Shown here piece after piece: positions 10,998 to 23,161 of a stretch of 64,000 nucleotides of DNA. Every line of letters starts with the position of its first letter. Position 1 is the first letter of the stretch. Below the pieces are notes generated by a model. It was not told the DNA's origin. It saw only the letters and a list, made by a program, of their open reading frames with translations, and made no database searches. Source of the DNA: Cyanophora paradoxa CCMP329 (lineage: Eukaryota; Plantae; Glaucophyta); assembly GCA_004431415.1 (NCBI GenBank), contig QPMI01000610.1:1-64000 (forward strand), written 5' to 3'. A program made the translations under genes and the position numbers.

Positions 10998-13576
10998 CTA
11001 GGGGAGCTCGATGCCGGGCGGGGCGCCGGCGCGGGCGGCCACGCTCTGAACGAAGGCCCTGAGCTCGGCCTCGCGCTCGGAGGCCACGCGCCGCAGCTCC
11101 GCCGCCTCCTCGGGCTCCAGCGCCGGCCGCATCTGGCGACGTCGACGGTGATCATGCGCTGGAAGAGGCGCGGGGCCGAATCGCATCGACGGCGAACCTC
11201 CTCGCGGGTGGTGGGGTGCAGCTTGTACTTCGCCACCGGCTCGTACCTTCCGCGACGCGTCGGCGCACGTATGCGAACAAACTAGAGAGCCGGGGGCGCA
11301 CCACTCGGGCTCCATGCCGCAGCGGGCGCGGGCCGGCCGGTTGAACGGCGGCCGGAGCGGCGGGCTGCGATCGCAAGCGAGCTTCGAGTTCAGCGGCAGG
11401 CGAGAAGGGGAGGAGGAAGGGGCCGCGCGCGCGCGCGCGCGCGCCTGTAGTCGCGGATGCAGGCCTGGAAGTGCTGGAGGGGGTCCAGGCCCCGCCTGTC
11501 GCACTCGTACAGGAACCAGCGCATCCCCGCCGTCACTGCGCAGCGCGCTCGGGATGAGTCCGAACGCGAGGCTGAGCCGGGAGGAGGGCCGGGGCCCAGC
11601 GGACCGTGCTCCTCCTCCTGCGCGGACGGGCGAGCAGGGAGCCGTTCAACTTCAAGAGAGGGGGGGGGGGGGAGAGAGGGAAGGAGGGGGTACCTCGAAC
11701 ATGATCTGGCGGACGACCTCCATGGAGACGAAGTCGGCGGCGGAGTTCATGCGCTCGACGAAGCGCGGCCCGGCGTCCAGGCCCCGCGCCTCCTGCACCA
11801 GCGGCACCTGCAGGGGGGGGCTCGCCAGGGGGTACGGGGCTTCCGAGGGGCACGGGGGCGGACGACGGCGAGGCGGGCGGCGAGGTCGTGCTTCGTCGCC
11901 ACGGCGCAGTCCCACAGGAAATCGTGCCTGAGGGGTGGGAGGGGTACCGGTCTCGGGGGGGGGGGGGCCCACAGGAGAAGGGCGGGGGGGGGGGGGGCCG
12001 CACGCGGGCAGGGCGCCGTAGCGGGAGTCGAGGATTTGGAGGCGCTCGGCGAGCCACGAGAAGTGCCGGGCCTGGGGGTACGTGCACGGCCTGGTTCGAG
12101 GCGGCGCGGGGCGCGGAGGGAAGAGGGGTGTGGGGGTACGGCGCGCCTCGTCGTCGGCGACCTCGAGGAAATCTTTGTAGAATTCCTCCGGGAGGCCTGG
12201 GTACAGGAATGAGACGGAGAGGGGGCGGGCTGTGTGGGAGCGTGGGGGGTACCCAGCGGCGCGAAGCGGACGGCGATGTCCCTTGAGGGAGAGGGTACGC
12301 GTTCGGTGGGCGCGAGAGGGGATACCGGTGGCTGGGGAAAGGACACACCAAGCGAGGTCGATGGCATTCTGCGGCGGGGAGCAGCGGGTAAGCGCGGAGA
12401 GGGGCCCGAGGCCGGAAGGGGTACGGGGGCACCAGCTCGACGTGAGCAAGCCCGTGCAGGCTCCAGACCTGCCGCGACGGCGTCACAACCGGGGTGCGCG
12501 AGGGGGGTACAGGGGCCGCACGATGTTGGAGACGCCGAGGGCCTTGGGGAGGGGTACCTCGTGGGGGTGGACCAGACGGGGCTCCTCGGGGCGCGCGGGG
12601 TGCTCTGGCGGCTCCGCGGTCCCTGCAGGGGCGCCTCGCGCGCGCGCGGGGGGGGGTACACGCGGGAGAGGGCAGAGGGGGGTACGCGTGCGGACCGACG
12701 CCGGGGACCTCCCCCGCCTGCCAGAGGTGCCAGGCGGCGTGCGTGAGCTTGCACTTCGTCTCCGGGTCCGCCGTGTTCAGCACGAGCGCCCCGACCACCG
12801 CGAGGGGCAGGCCGCTGCGCCGCCGTCGGCGCGAGGGCCGCGGGCGGGTCGGGTCGGGCCCGGGCACCGTATGCGCTCGACGGCCTCGGAGTCAAGCGTC
12901 CCGTCGGCGATGGGCTCGCGCGTGCCGTCCAGGTTCTTCATGCCTGGCGGGAGGCATTCGCGGGCGCAGCTGCCAGCTGCGGGGGCCGGGGCGCACCGGG
13001 CAGCGGGACCCTTGACGTCCTGTGCTGCAAGCGCACCTCGGGCCCTGTCTTGGGGGGTGTCATCGCCGCTTCTGCGAGGTGCGCCTGCGCATCGGAGGGT
13101 CAGCGAGGGACAAAGCGCGGCGCGCGTGCTTGCGTCAGCCCCACGCGCGCCGCGAGCGCGGGGGGCGGCGCGCGCAGCTGCGGCGGACTTGCTTCCTCGC
13201 ACATTCTAGGTGCATCTGGAGCGCACCTGGAGCTCAGCTGCTGCGCTCGAACTCGACGAGCTCGAGGCGAAGCGGAAGCGAAGCCGCGGGGCTGCTACAG
13301 GTGAGGCGAATCGCCGTGCTGCAGTGCTGAAGGCTAGCGCTCTCCTGCTCCCGAGCGCTTGCAGGGTCTGGCGGCCGGCGAGATTGCAGCTGAGCGACCG
13401 CGCGGTGGTGAGGTCTGCACGCAGCAGCGGCCTCCACCCGCAGATCACTCCGAACGCACCCCCCGCCAGCTTAACGACGCGTACGGCGGCGGGCAGATGG
13501 CGTGAACAGGGGTACGTTAGCTTACGGGAGCCCGTAAGTACCCGACCCGAAGCAAGCGGGTCGAGCGGGTTTCCAT
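10998..13576 (-). CDS. DUF455 ferritin-like di-iron protein, probably organelle-targeted; start uncertain
   Basis: LNTADPETKCKLT, LHGLAHVELNAIDLAWD, LPEEFYKDFLEVADDEARHFSWL, YGALPAHDFLWD and VPLVQEARGLDAGP. An Arg/Ser/Ala-rich N-terminal exon lies at 13230-13450. Confidence 0.85.
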
Positions 13577-13811
13577 CGGCCCGACCGAACCACGACGAAC
13601 GCTCAGCTTCTCTTCGTCCAGCAGCTTCAGCAAGCAGCAGTCACCGCGTTTCCGATATCCCGAGCCGGTGATTTCCGCGATCCGCAACTCACGACGAGCC
13701 GAGGGTCTGCCCTTTTCGCCCATTCGAACGGCGCAACGTCTCCGAATTTTGAAGCCTTGTCACACTGCGAAGCTAGCATATTAAAGAAGAGCGATACGCA
13801 AACCTGCAGCA

Positions 13812-16800
13812 ATGAACACCGGCGATTCCGAGGCTCCGGCGCGGAAGAGGCCGCGAGGTTCGGCGCGTCCGGCTGGGCGAGCTGCTCGTCCCGACCGCGC
13901 GGCGCGCAGGCCCGAACCAGGCGACGCTCTTGCGTAGCGAGAACCTCACCTTCGTGGACGCCCCGGAGCTCGTCCCCTCCGCCTCGACGAAAGGCAAGCA
14001 GAAGTCAGCCTGCTGGAACTACTTCCGAGTGCAGAGGCAACACCCGCCGCCGCCCGACGGGCAGGCCGTCCTACAGGTCGTCTGTCTCTGCGGCGCCGTG
14101 TACCGATGGGGCTCCAACTTCGGTCCGCTTCGGCACCGCGCACGCATCCGGCGCCTCTTCTCACGCCGCTTCCCTCGCAGGGACCAAGAACATGAACGAG
14201 TGAGCTCTTAGCTTAGCTAGCTTCCCTCCGCGGCTCACTGAGCCGCCGCGCAGGCGTGCGCGGCGCCCGAACCGCCCCGGATCGAATTGATGCCCGCCGC
14301 GCGCCGCCGCGCGTGACCTCGCCGCGCAGACATCCGGACTCGGCACGCGGGGGACGAAGTGGGGGCGGTGAGGGCGCCCCGCGTCTCGTCGCCCCCGCGG
14401 GCCGTCCCGCTGGCCCTCCCCGCACCAGAGGCCGGGCCCAGCGGCTCCTCGCCGGCGGCCCCCGCGCCACGCGCCTCCGCCCCCGCGCGCATGCGGCAGC
14501 CGGCGGCGAACCGGCAGTCGGCGGCGCCCCGCCAGGGGGCGGCGGCCGACGGGGCGAACCCGGGCCTCGTCCTCAACCCGCGCCTCCTCCGCTCCGGCCT
14601 CGCCCGATTCGTCGTGCAGGAGGTGCCGCGTCCCCCGCCCCGCCCCCGCTTCCTCCCGCCGCCGACGCGCCGCCAGCCCGCCGGCGTGGACCTCGCCGGC
14701 ACGCCGCACCTGAACGAGCTCCTCCTGCTCGCCGGCGGGTGCGGCCCCGCACCATGCCGATCGCTCAGTACCCCTCTCCCCCCGAACCGGCGCGCAGGGT
14801 GCAGGCCGTGGGGGACATCCGCTCTCTCCGGTCGCTGCTTTTCAAGGAGTACTCGAACCAGGCTCGCACTGGCCGGCGCCGCCGGCGCGGAGCGTGCGGC
14901 GGCTGACGGGAGGCGGCGGGGCGGGCAGGTCGCTGGCCTAAAGGCAGTGCTGAAGCACCGGGACAGCGGCCCCTTTGCGGGGGCGAGCCTCGTCGCCACG
15001 CTCTGGTCCGGCCGCCGCTGGGTCCGGCCCCTCCTCTGCCTCTTCGTCTGCTGGATCGACCGGGTGCGTGGCCGGCGCGGGGCCCGCCGCCGCCGCCGGC
15101 GCTCTGGGGCGGGGGCCGAGGGGGCGGGGCGGCAGCGCGGGCTGCGGCGGCGCTGCCTGCTGGACGTGCGGCCGCTGGCGTCGCCCCTCACGGGCGAGCG
15201 CGTCCGCTCCGTTATCCTCACCTGCCTCGACGAGTGGGGCCTCTCCGACTCCGTCCGCCCGCCCCGCCCCCGCGCGACACCGCTGCTCTCATGCGCCGCC
15301 CCGCAGGTCCACTGCCTCCTCAGCGAGGACCTGGGCCGCATGGCGAGCCAGCCGCCCGCCCACTGCCGGCGCCGGCGCCCCGGCGCCCGCGCGCTGACGC
15401 GGGGCGGGGCGGGGCGGGGCGGGGCAGATCCGGCGGTGCCGGCGGGGCCGGGCGCGGGCGGCGGCGGCGTCGGACGACGAGAGCGACGAGGACGACGAGG
15501 GGACGGCGGCCCGGGGCTCGACGACGGCCTCCAGCCCGCCGGCGGCGAGGCGCGCCCCGCCCCTCTTCCCCACCCCCGCCCCGCCCCGCCCCGCCCGCCG
15601 CCCGGCCGGGCGGGCGTCGAGCGCGGGGCGGGGCGCGCAGGCGGACCAGTTCGGGAGATCGCGGCGCCGCGGGGCATGGCGGCGCGCTGGGCGCCCCGCG
15701 TCTGCAAGAGCGCCCTCCTCGACGACGCCGTCCGCCCTGCCCTCCCGCCTCGGCCCCCCTCGCCCTCGCCCCCGCCCGGCCGGGCCCAACCGGCGCGCCA
15801 GATCCGCAAGGCCATCGGGGCGTGCTGGCAGGCGCGGGACACCCTCGGCCGCGTCCGCAGGCCCGCCCGCCCGCCCGCCCCCCGCGTGAAAGGGAGGAAG
15901 CCGCCTCTCTGAAGGGGGCCGGGGCGGCGCAGGTTCCTGCGCACGCTGCGGCGGACCCCGCGGCTGCTCGAGATCCTCGAGGACTCCTCTCCCGACGTGC
16001 GCGCCGCCACTTTCTCCGTCGCCCTCCGCATCGGCGGGCACGCGGACCGAGGCCTCCCTCTTTGCGCAGCTCCTGCGGGCCGTCATGGACTGCCCGACCG
16101 CCTGGCACCACGCCTTCCTCATGGTGCGCCCGCCTTCTCTTTGCGGGCGGAGCGGAGAGGCCGGGCCGGAGGGTGGCGTGGGTGACGCGGCCCGCAGGCG
16201 CAGCGCGTGCTGCAGCTGCGGCAGCAGCTGGCGCGCTTTGCGGGCGAGGCGGAGGCGGCCGGCTTCGCGGACGCGACGGCCCGCTCCCTCCGCACCCTCG
16301 CCCCGCGCCTCGTGGTGCGGCGCCCCCGCCCTTGCCCCCGCCCCGCGCCGGCGGCGGCCCGAGCGGGGCGGGCGCAGCACATGCTGCCGCTGGGCGACGA
16401 GTGGGACGGCCTCGCCGAGTGCGTCCGGGTCCTCCAGGCGCGCCTCTACCCCCTTCCCTCCTCCCCCCTCCCGTCCCCTCTGACGCCCCGCGCAGCCGGC
16501 GCACGAGCTGGGGGAGCGGTTCCGGTCCCCGGCGTGCACGCCGGCCGACGCGCAGGTGGGCCCCGCCTCGGCGCGCCCGGCCAGGCAGGCGCCGGCCGAC
16601 GCTCGCGCGCCGCAGGTCGGCGTGTGGCGCGCCATCGAGCTCACCGAAGAGACGGCCCGGAGCCTGCGTGCGCCGGCACCTCCTGCTGCCCGCCTCGCTT
16701 GAACTTCCGCCCCGGGCGACGGCGACGGCGGGGCGGGGCGGGCAGGGACGGCGGGGGCGCGGGCCCTCGGCGACGAGCTGATCCTCGCCCTGCGGCGCGC

Positions 16801-17088
16801 CCTCTACGACGCCGCCGACGAGGTGCGCCGGGGCAGGGCCGCGCCGCGCCGGGCCGGGGCGAGGCGAGATGAGGCAAGCCGCGGGGGGCGGGGGGCAGGA
16901 CCTGGCGTGCGTGGCGCTGCACCCCTGCTATCGCAAGAAGCACCTCCGCAAGCGGGACATCGTCCTCGCCGCGCGGTGCGCGGGGCCTGCCCCCCCTCCC
17001 CCCCGCCCCCCCCCCTCTGAGGTGCGGGGGCAGGGCGCAGAAGCTCCTCGAGGCGCTCGTCGACGAGCTCTCCGTGCGCTTACTCCCG

Positions 17089-17123
<35 letters not shown>

Positions 17124-18169
17124 CCGCTCCGCCGCTCCCAGCCGACCCGAGGCGCCCGCGCGCCCGCGCGCCCAGCCGCCGAACCAGATGGCGCCGGGCC
17201 TCGCGCCGCCGGGGGCGCCCCTGTTGGGCCCGCACGCGCCGGTGGCGGGCATCGCGCTGCCGGCGCCGATGCCGGGGATGATGCCGGCCCCGCTCTTCTA
17301 CCCCGCCTTCAGCACGTACCCCATAGTGCAGCAGCCGCAGCTCCCGCAGCCGTACCCCCACCCGGGGGTGCGGGTGGGCGGGCGGGGCCCGCGGGGCCCG
17401 CGGGCGCCGGGGGGCGGGGAGGGCTCTTCGTCGGATGAGGGCGAGGCGGCCGCCACGCCGGCGCGCTACGAGCTCGAGCGCTTCTTCTCGGCGCGCCGCG
17501 TACCCCGGCCCCCTCCCCCCGGCGGCCGCGCGGGGCGCTGACGGCTGGCGGGCGGGCGCAGGAGAAGCGCGAGCAGGTGAACCGGGCCGCGATGGACCCC
17601 GTCCAGTGGTGGGTCCAGGTGCGCCTCTCCCGCCCCCGCGCCCGGCCGCCCCGCGCCCGTTCCGAGGCCCGGCGCGGGGGCGGCAGGCCGGGGCGCCGCA
17701 GTACCCGACGCTGCTGCGGGCGGCGCTGCGGCACATGGGGGCCCCCGTCTCGTCGGCCTTCGCGCGGACCTTCCTGGCGGCGGCGGCCCCGGGGCTTGAC
17801 TCGGAGGCGTGCCGGGGAGACTGGGAGCTCGCGCGCGCCCTCCTCTTCCTCCGCTCCGCCTTCGAGAGCGGCGGGGCGCCCTTCGAGGCGACCCGCCGCG
17901 CCACCGCGCGCCGCGCCCAGGGCGCCCCCGCCCCCGACGAGGCCAGCGACGGCGAGGGCCCCGCCCCCGGCCCCGGCCCCGCCCCCGAGGCCTCCGCCGA
18001 GGCGGGCCTCGGGGGGGCCCTCCCCGCCCCGTCCTTCGGGGGCGGTGGAGTGGAGGGCGAGGCGGGGGCGGAGGTCGAGGCGGAGGCCGGGGCGGAGGCG
18101 GGAAGCCCGGGGTCGAGCCAGGGCGCCCACGACGAGGCGGCCGGAGGCGACGGCCTCGCCCTCATGTGA
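13812..18169 (+). CDS. hAT transposase-derived (ZBED-like) protein with degenerate BED finger and hAT dimerisation domain; intron-rich, probably domesticated
   Basis: NLS ARKRPR; KSACWNYF...CLCG...GTKNM (BED-like); SLVATLWSG; LTGERVRSVILTCLDEWGL; CPTAWHHAFLM; VALHPCYR; ELERFF..DPVQWW..YPTLLRAALRHMGAPVSSAFARTF. Confidence 0.75.
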
Positions 18170-18340
18170 CGCGCGCACCCTGCTCCACGGGCCACGGGCC
18201 AAGCAAGCCGCGAGCTTGAGCGCCGGCGCCGGCGGCTAGTCATAGACTCATAGCTCGTGATGATATCAGCAGCAGCTGCAGCTGCGGACATAAAGCTCAT
18301 ACGCACCGACCTCGGACGACGGCCGCCAGCCTGGCACCAG

Positions 18341-18581
18341 CACAGCTCGTTTTTTTTCCTAATCGACCCAACACGGCCCGGATATGGGCAAGGGTAGCCG
18401 GCGATCGCGATAACTTTTCACCCGCCGCAAAACGGCTAGTCTCCTCGCAACAGCTTGTAGCCGGCATGCTACCGGGCAGATTGCACTAGCTAAAGCCGGG
18501 GAATTCCGAAAACCCGAGGGGAATTTAACGAAACCGGATATTTGGCCGTGTCGGGTCGACCGGTAAAAAAAACGAGCTGTG
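18341..18581. mobile_element. MITE, CACTA/CMC-like (CACAG termini, 3-bp TSD CAG)
   Basis: Imperfect ~38-bp TIRs: cacagctcgttttttttcctaatcgacccaacacggcc and ggccgtgtcgggtcgaccggtaaaaaaaacgagctgtg. The element is flanked by cag at 18338-40 and 18582-84. Confidence 0.8.
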
Positions 18582-18718
18582 CAGGCGAGACGCCGCGAGA
18601 GCCAGCCTCAGCCAGGGGCGTAAAATGCGTCGGCTCAAGCGTCAATCGGTCGCGGGCCAATAGCAAGCACTTTTTGTGGCGATCGCGACTCGCGAGTCGT
18701 CGACGTTGGCGATTACTA

Positions 18719-19007
18719 CTGGAGAGCTAGAAATATTTAGTGGACTGCATATTTATAGTACTAAACATTTTTGGGCGATCTATACTAAATATTTCCCGCC
18801 TGCATGCTAAAGCCGAGATTTTGTAGGGGTATACGTAGCTAGCTCCGGCCGTCTCCGCCATATAAAACCCCTGCCGCCGCGGCCCCTGCAGCTGCATGCG
18901 AAGGCTGACCTACTAAAGATCTAGATTTACCAGCTGCTAAAATATGGCAGTTTTGGCGAATTTTAAGTACTAATTATTTTCCTGTACTAAATTAAATAGT
19001 TCTCCAG
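18719..19007. mobile_element. MITE, Tc1/mariner-like (TA TSD)
   Basis: TA|ctggagagcta...atttagt on the left and actaaat...tagttctccag|TA on the right. The interior is AT-rich with repeated tactaaa motifs. Confidence 0.7.
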
Positions 19008-19521
19008 TATTGTTCGAGTGGTTCTCGTGCGCGCGAAGTCGCCGCGAACGCGCGAACGCATTAGGGAGGGTACATATTATCCAGCCGCAGAGAGAGCGTG
19101 CGCATGCCGTACGCGTGAGCAGATATATACTACACACGCTTAAGCCTTTACGTACGAATCACGACTCACGGTAGTATACATAGGATCAGATAGGAGCCGG
19201 CGCCCAGCTTGGAGGATCGCAGCAACGTCATCAGACCGAAAACAGATCGGAGCAGCGCTTACAGCTCAGCGGCTAGCTGCTCAACCTCGCACATCGATCT
19301 GTCGCGGCACGAGCGGCAGCTGCAGCTGGCTCAGTGCTCTCAGTGTGTACTAGTTGGTGGCAGGCTCCGGCAGCTCGGCTTTCTGGGCCATGAGCGGTCC
19401 GATCGGCGACGCAGTAGTGATCATACGCATGAGATGCGCGTGATGCCCGGTGTCCCTCATTTCTAGCATGATCTAGTCCGCCGCCTCCAGGTGCACCTGG
19501 TAGATGGGACATTAGCGGGCG

Positions 19522-22500
19522 ATGCAAACTTACGATCGGGAACATGTGGATGAGGTGAGCTTGAGCAGCGCGACTCGCAGAGTGTGCTTCCGCGCGGATG
19601 CCAGCATGCGCTTAAGCTTACTCCGCCCTGCCCGCTCCTTCCCAAGTTGAAGCGTTGCATACGCGCGCAGCTGTTTCATGCAGTCGCGCGTGAAGTCGTG
19701 GCTGAGGGACCGCCCTGGAAGGTCTCCCTCGAGGCGGCGGGCAACACGATCGCAGTAGAAACGCGGTGCGTGCCGCTGCTGCCAGGCTCTAGATCTCTCG
19801 TTCAAATTCAGACGCGCCCGCCCTCCTGCTTACTGGCCGCACAGCGAGTGGCCCTCGAGCTCGGTCGAGCAAATAACCGCGTATCGCGTGAGACAGCATT
19901 TGCCCGACGTTCCCGTTTCGTTCGCGACACGCGAAGTCTGCTCGCGCTCTCGAGCAGCGGTGCGCGCGTTACTCTTGTCTGGGGCGCCTCTAGCTCTCCT
20001 GTTCCCCGCTAACGTGGGTGCGGCAGGAATTCAACAAGGAGGTCGTCGCAGCCGATGAGGCGGTCGCCCTGCTGGATTATCCAGACCCGAGCGACCCCGA
20101 CTCGCTCGGCGCCGTCCGGATCCACCGCCTTGTCATGTCCTACTTCGGTTCGCGCCCCTCGGGACGCGCTCGAAGGCCCGAAGCTCATCGCTTGTGGGGC
20201 GCGTCCACCAGGATGGCGCATCGAGTCTCGCTTCCTCCACGCGAGCCGGCGGTGCGAATCTCGGATCCTTTGGCCAGCGCGCCCTGTCGCTGCTGTCGGT
20301 TCGTTTCTCTCTCTAACGTCCACTCATCCCAGGCTGCCCGACGGCTCGGCGTTGGCGATCATGGCCTACGCCGTACGCGAGGGGGACTGCTGGTGCCCGC
20401 CTCCCCCGGCCGGGCCGCCCGCTTTGACGTCAACCGCACGTGCACCCGCCAGGACTACGCGCCACATGCTGCAGAATGCGAGGGGGCTCATCGCGTGGCA
20501 CATCAGCAGCGCCGAGGGCGTCTCGGGGTGCAGGTGCGCTGGCCTCTCCGATCGTCAGCGCCCGTGGCTTTGCTGCACGCCCGATTCACGCGCTTCGCCC
20601 GTTAGGTACAAGTCCTTAGGTCTGTTCCACCGGAACCCGTCGTTCCTCGGGTTCCTGCCCCAATACAGTGAGCCACTACACTTCCCGCGCCCTGCGCCTG
20701 TCGCCCTCTCCTTCCCGCCCCGTCCGGTCTTGCCTTTGTGCTGCGCGCCCTCATTCGCGGATCCGCCCCCACAGTCATCTCCCAGATAGTTTGCCGCAAC
20801 TGTGCTAAGTACTCCTTCTCGGTGAGAGTTCGATTCGATGTATCGATTCTCGCCTTTCCATGATACGCGTACGCGACCTTGCCTTGACGCAGGTGCGGAG
20901 GCTGGTCCTGGCGGAGTACGCTCGGCAGTGCGGGAATGCCGGCGACTCGCGGCTCCGTGATCGCCCCTCCCCCATCTTCGCATCCGGGTCGGCCTCTGCC
21001 CCGCGCTTTAGGGGCCTCAGCGTCGGGGCCCTCGCGGAGGAGCCGTCCTCGCCGTTCTTCCTTCACGCGTGGGCCCCGCCCTCGCCCTCCACCCCCTCCT
21101 CGCTCGCCTCGACGGACGGCCTCTCGGATCCTTCGCCCGATGTGCCGGGGCCGAAGGTCAACGAGATCTTCTACGACCTGCTGGGCCTCCCGGTGAGACA
21201 GCTGTCTATCGCCGTGCCGCCGCTAGTTTCTGGCACTGAAGCGCTTACAGCCTCCGAAGACGGAGCCTTATTCGCCACGGACAGAGGCAGGCACCGAGCT
21301 ACCTGAAGCGCCTGTCCCGCCGCGCTCGTCCGACCTAACGCCGCCCGCAGGACTCGGCGCCCGAAGGGGCACCTCCTCCAGACGACATTCGACCGGAACT
21401 GGCGGAGGTGAAGGAGCCCGCGTTTCTCTCCAGGGTACGCGCGCCTCCCCACCGCCCTGCGCCGGCCGTCCTCACGTCGCGTGTCAGGCGGGCGAGGCGA
21501 TGCGGGCGTCGCTCGACCTCTCGCTGCAACTGGAGGCGATGTCTGTCACGGACGCGCCTCCGGCGCCGACGCGCGACGCGCCCCCGCCGCCCTACCTTGC
21601 GCCCGAGTCGTCCAAGACGGCGCGCTCCCGCCGCCGGGCGGATGCCGGCCTTGCGGAGGGGGAATCTCCCTCCGACAGGTGGCCCCCTTCTCCCCTTCTG
21701 CGCGCCAGCTGCGCCCGCTCAGGGAGCCCCCTCCCTCTTGCAGGCCGCCGCCTCGCCCTCGGCCCCAGCCTCTCGGAGATCTCCCGCCGCAAGCCGGAGT
21801 CTCTGCGCCCTACGAAGAAGCGATAGCGCTACCCCCGCCTCCGCCGCTACCCCCGCCTCCGCCGCTACCCCTGCCTCTGCCGATTCTCCGCTCTGCCGCT
21901 TCATCGGGGGGGTACGCTCCCCTCGTCTTAATCGGTAGCTGTATCGCGGTCCCTGAGCGAGCCGTGCGGGTGCGCGTGCAGGTCGAGGCCTGTTGTTGCG
22001 AGGGAGGCGGCGTGGGGCGCGGGAGGCGCGGGGGCGTCCTCGGCAACCCCCGCCGAGGCGAGGCGGCCCCTCTCGCGCTCAGCCGCTGCCTGCACACGCA
22101 CGCCCCTTCCACTGACGCTGGCGCGCAGGGGGCGGCGAGAGGCCTACCGCTGCTCGCGACCGGAGCGCCCATGTTTTTCAATATCGCAGCGCGAATGGCG
22201 AGCTCGATGACCGCGACGGTCCCGCGGCCCCTGCGGACCATCGTACCCCGCCCCGACTCTGTCCCCGTCGCTCCCACCCCCGACTTGCCGAGGAAGAAAA
22301 AGTGGCGTAGCGTGGAGACGCTGAAGAAGTGGCGCCGCTTGGAGGCGCTCCGGCAGCGCGCCCCGCCGACCCTCGCCCCCAGGCCGGAGCCGCCTGCGGC
22401 CTCTGCGGCCCCCGCTCAGGCCTTCCCCACCGCGAATTTCCCCTCCACGAGCTCGGCAGTGTCGGCACCGGCGCCAGCACCGGCGGAGGCCCCCGCCGAG

Positions 22501-22581
22501 CACCCCCCCTCGGGCAGCCCTGAGCCCCTCCCCGCCTCCGTTGCCCCGCTCGAACCGCATCCTCCTTCTCCGTCGACTTGA
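19522..22581 (+). CDS. START/SRPBCC-like domain protein with Pro-rich tail, copy 1
   Basis: MQTYDREHVDE; PPWKVSLEAAGNTIAVETR; ESRFLHASRRLPDGSALAIMAYAV; ARGLIAWHISSAEGVSGCRYKSLGLFHRNPSFLGFLPQY (START-like pattern). Exon structure is shared with the copy at 25737-28481. Confidence 0.6.
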
Positions 22582-23161
22582 AGTACATGCATCCCTTTCA
22601 ATTTCTCTCATACAATGTTCAATATTGTAAACACTGTGACAGCCAGACTCATGTATGCATGTCAATTTGAAGATCGAAGCGCAACTCGGATTACCCGGGC
22701 AGACTAAGACAGGCGCGCGTGCACATTGCACCGGGTGGATCGCTGGCGGCGGAGCCTCAGCCCGTCAGGCCGTTAAGCGCTCAACCACGCTCGCATGCCG
22801 CACTGCCCTGGGCCTCGTGCCGCGGGGTAGACGTTGTGCAGGCAACTGGCGATACTGGAGGGCGGCGAAGGGGAAAGACAGGGAGCGACAGGGGAAGGGC
22901 AGGAGGAAAAAATGGAGCGGGCAGCGGGGCGGGGAGTGGGTGGGTGTGCTTTCTGCCCTAATGAAACTAGTGAAGGCTGGGGAGTCCCAAGCGCGCGACG
23001 CAGCGCGCGAACGGGAGGAAAGAGGAGGGTGGAAGAGCGGAGGGGCCAGGACGGAAGGGCGGCGGGGGGCGGGAGAGGGCGACCCGGACTGAGGCCTGGG
23101 GATGGGGCGAGGGGCCGGGCGCGGTCGCTTGCGTGCGGGACCCGCAAGGGGACGGCCGCGC

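Noticed and set aside
21193-21350. Conserved intronic C/D snoRNA in the START paralogues
   Set aside because: CTGA motifs are present but there is no box C. The segment is better explained by a small exon (PPKTEPYSPRTE) plus gene conversion.
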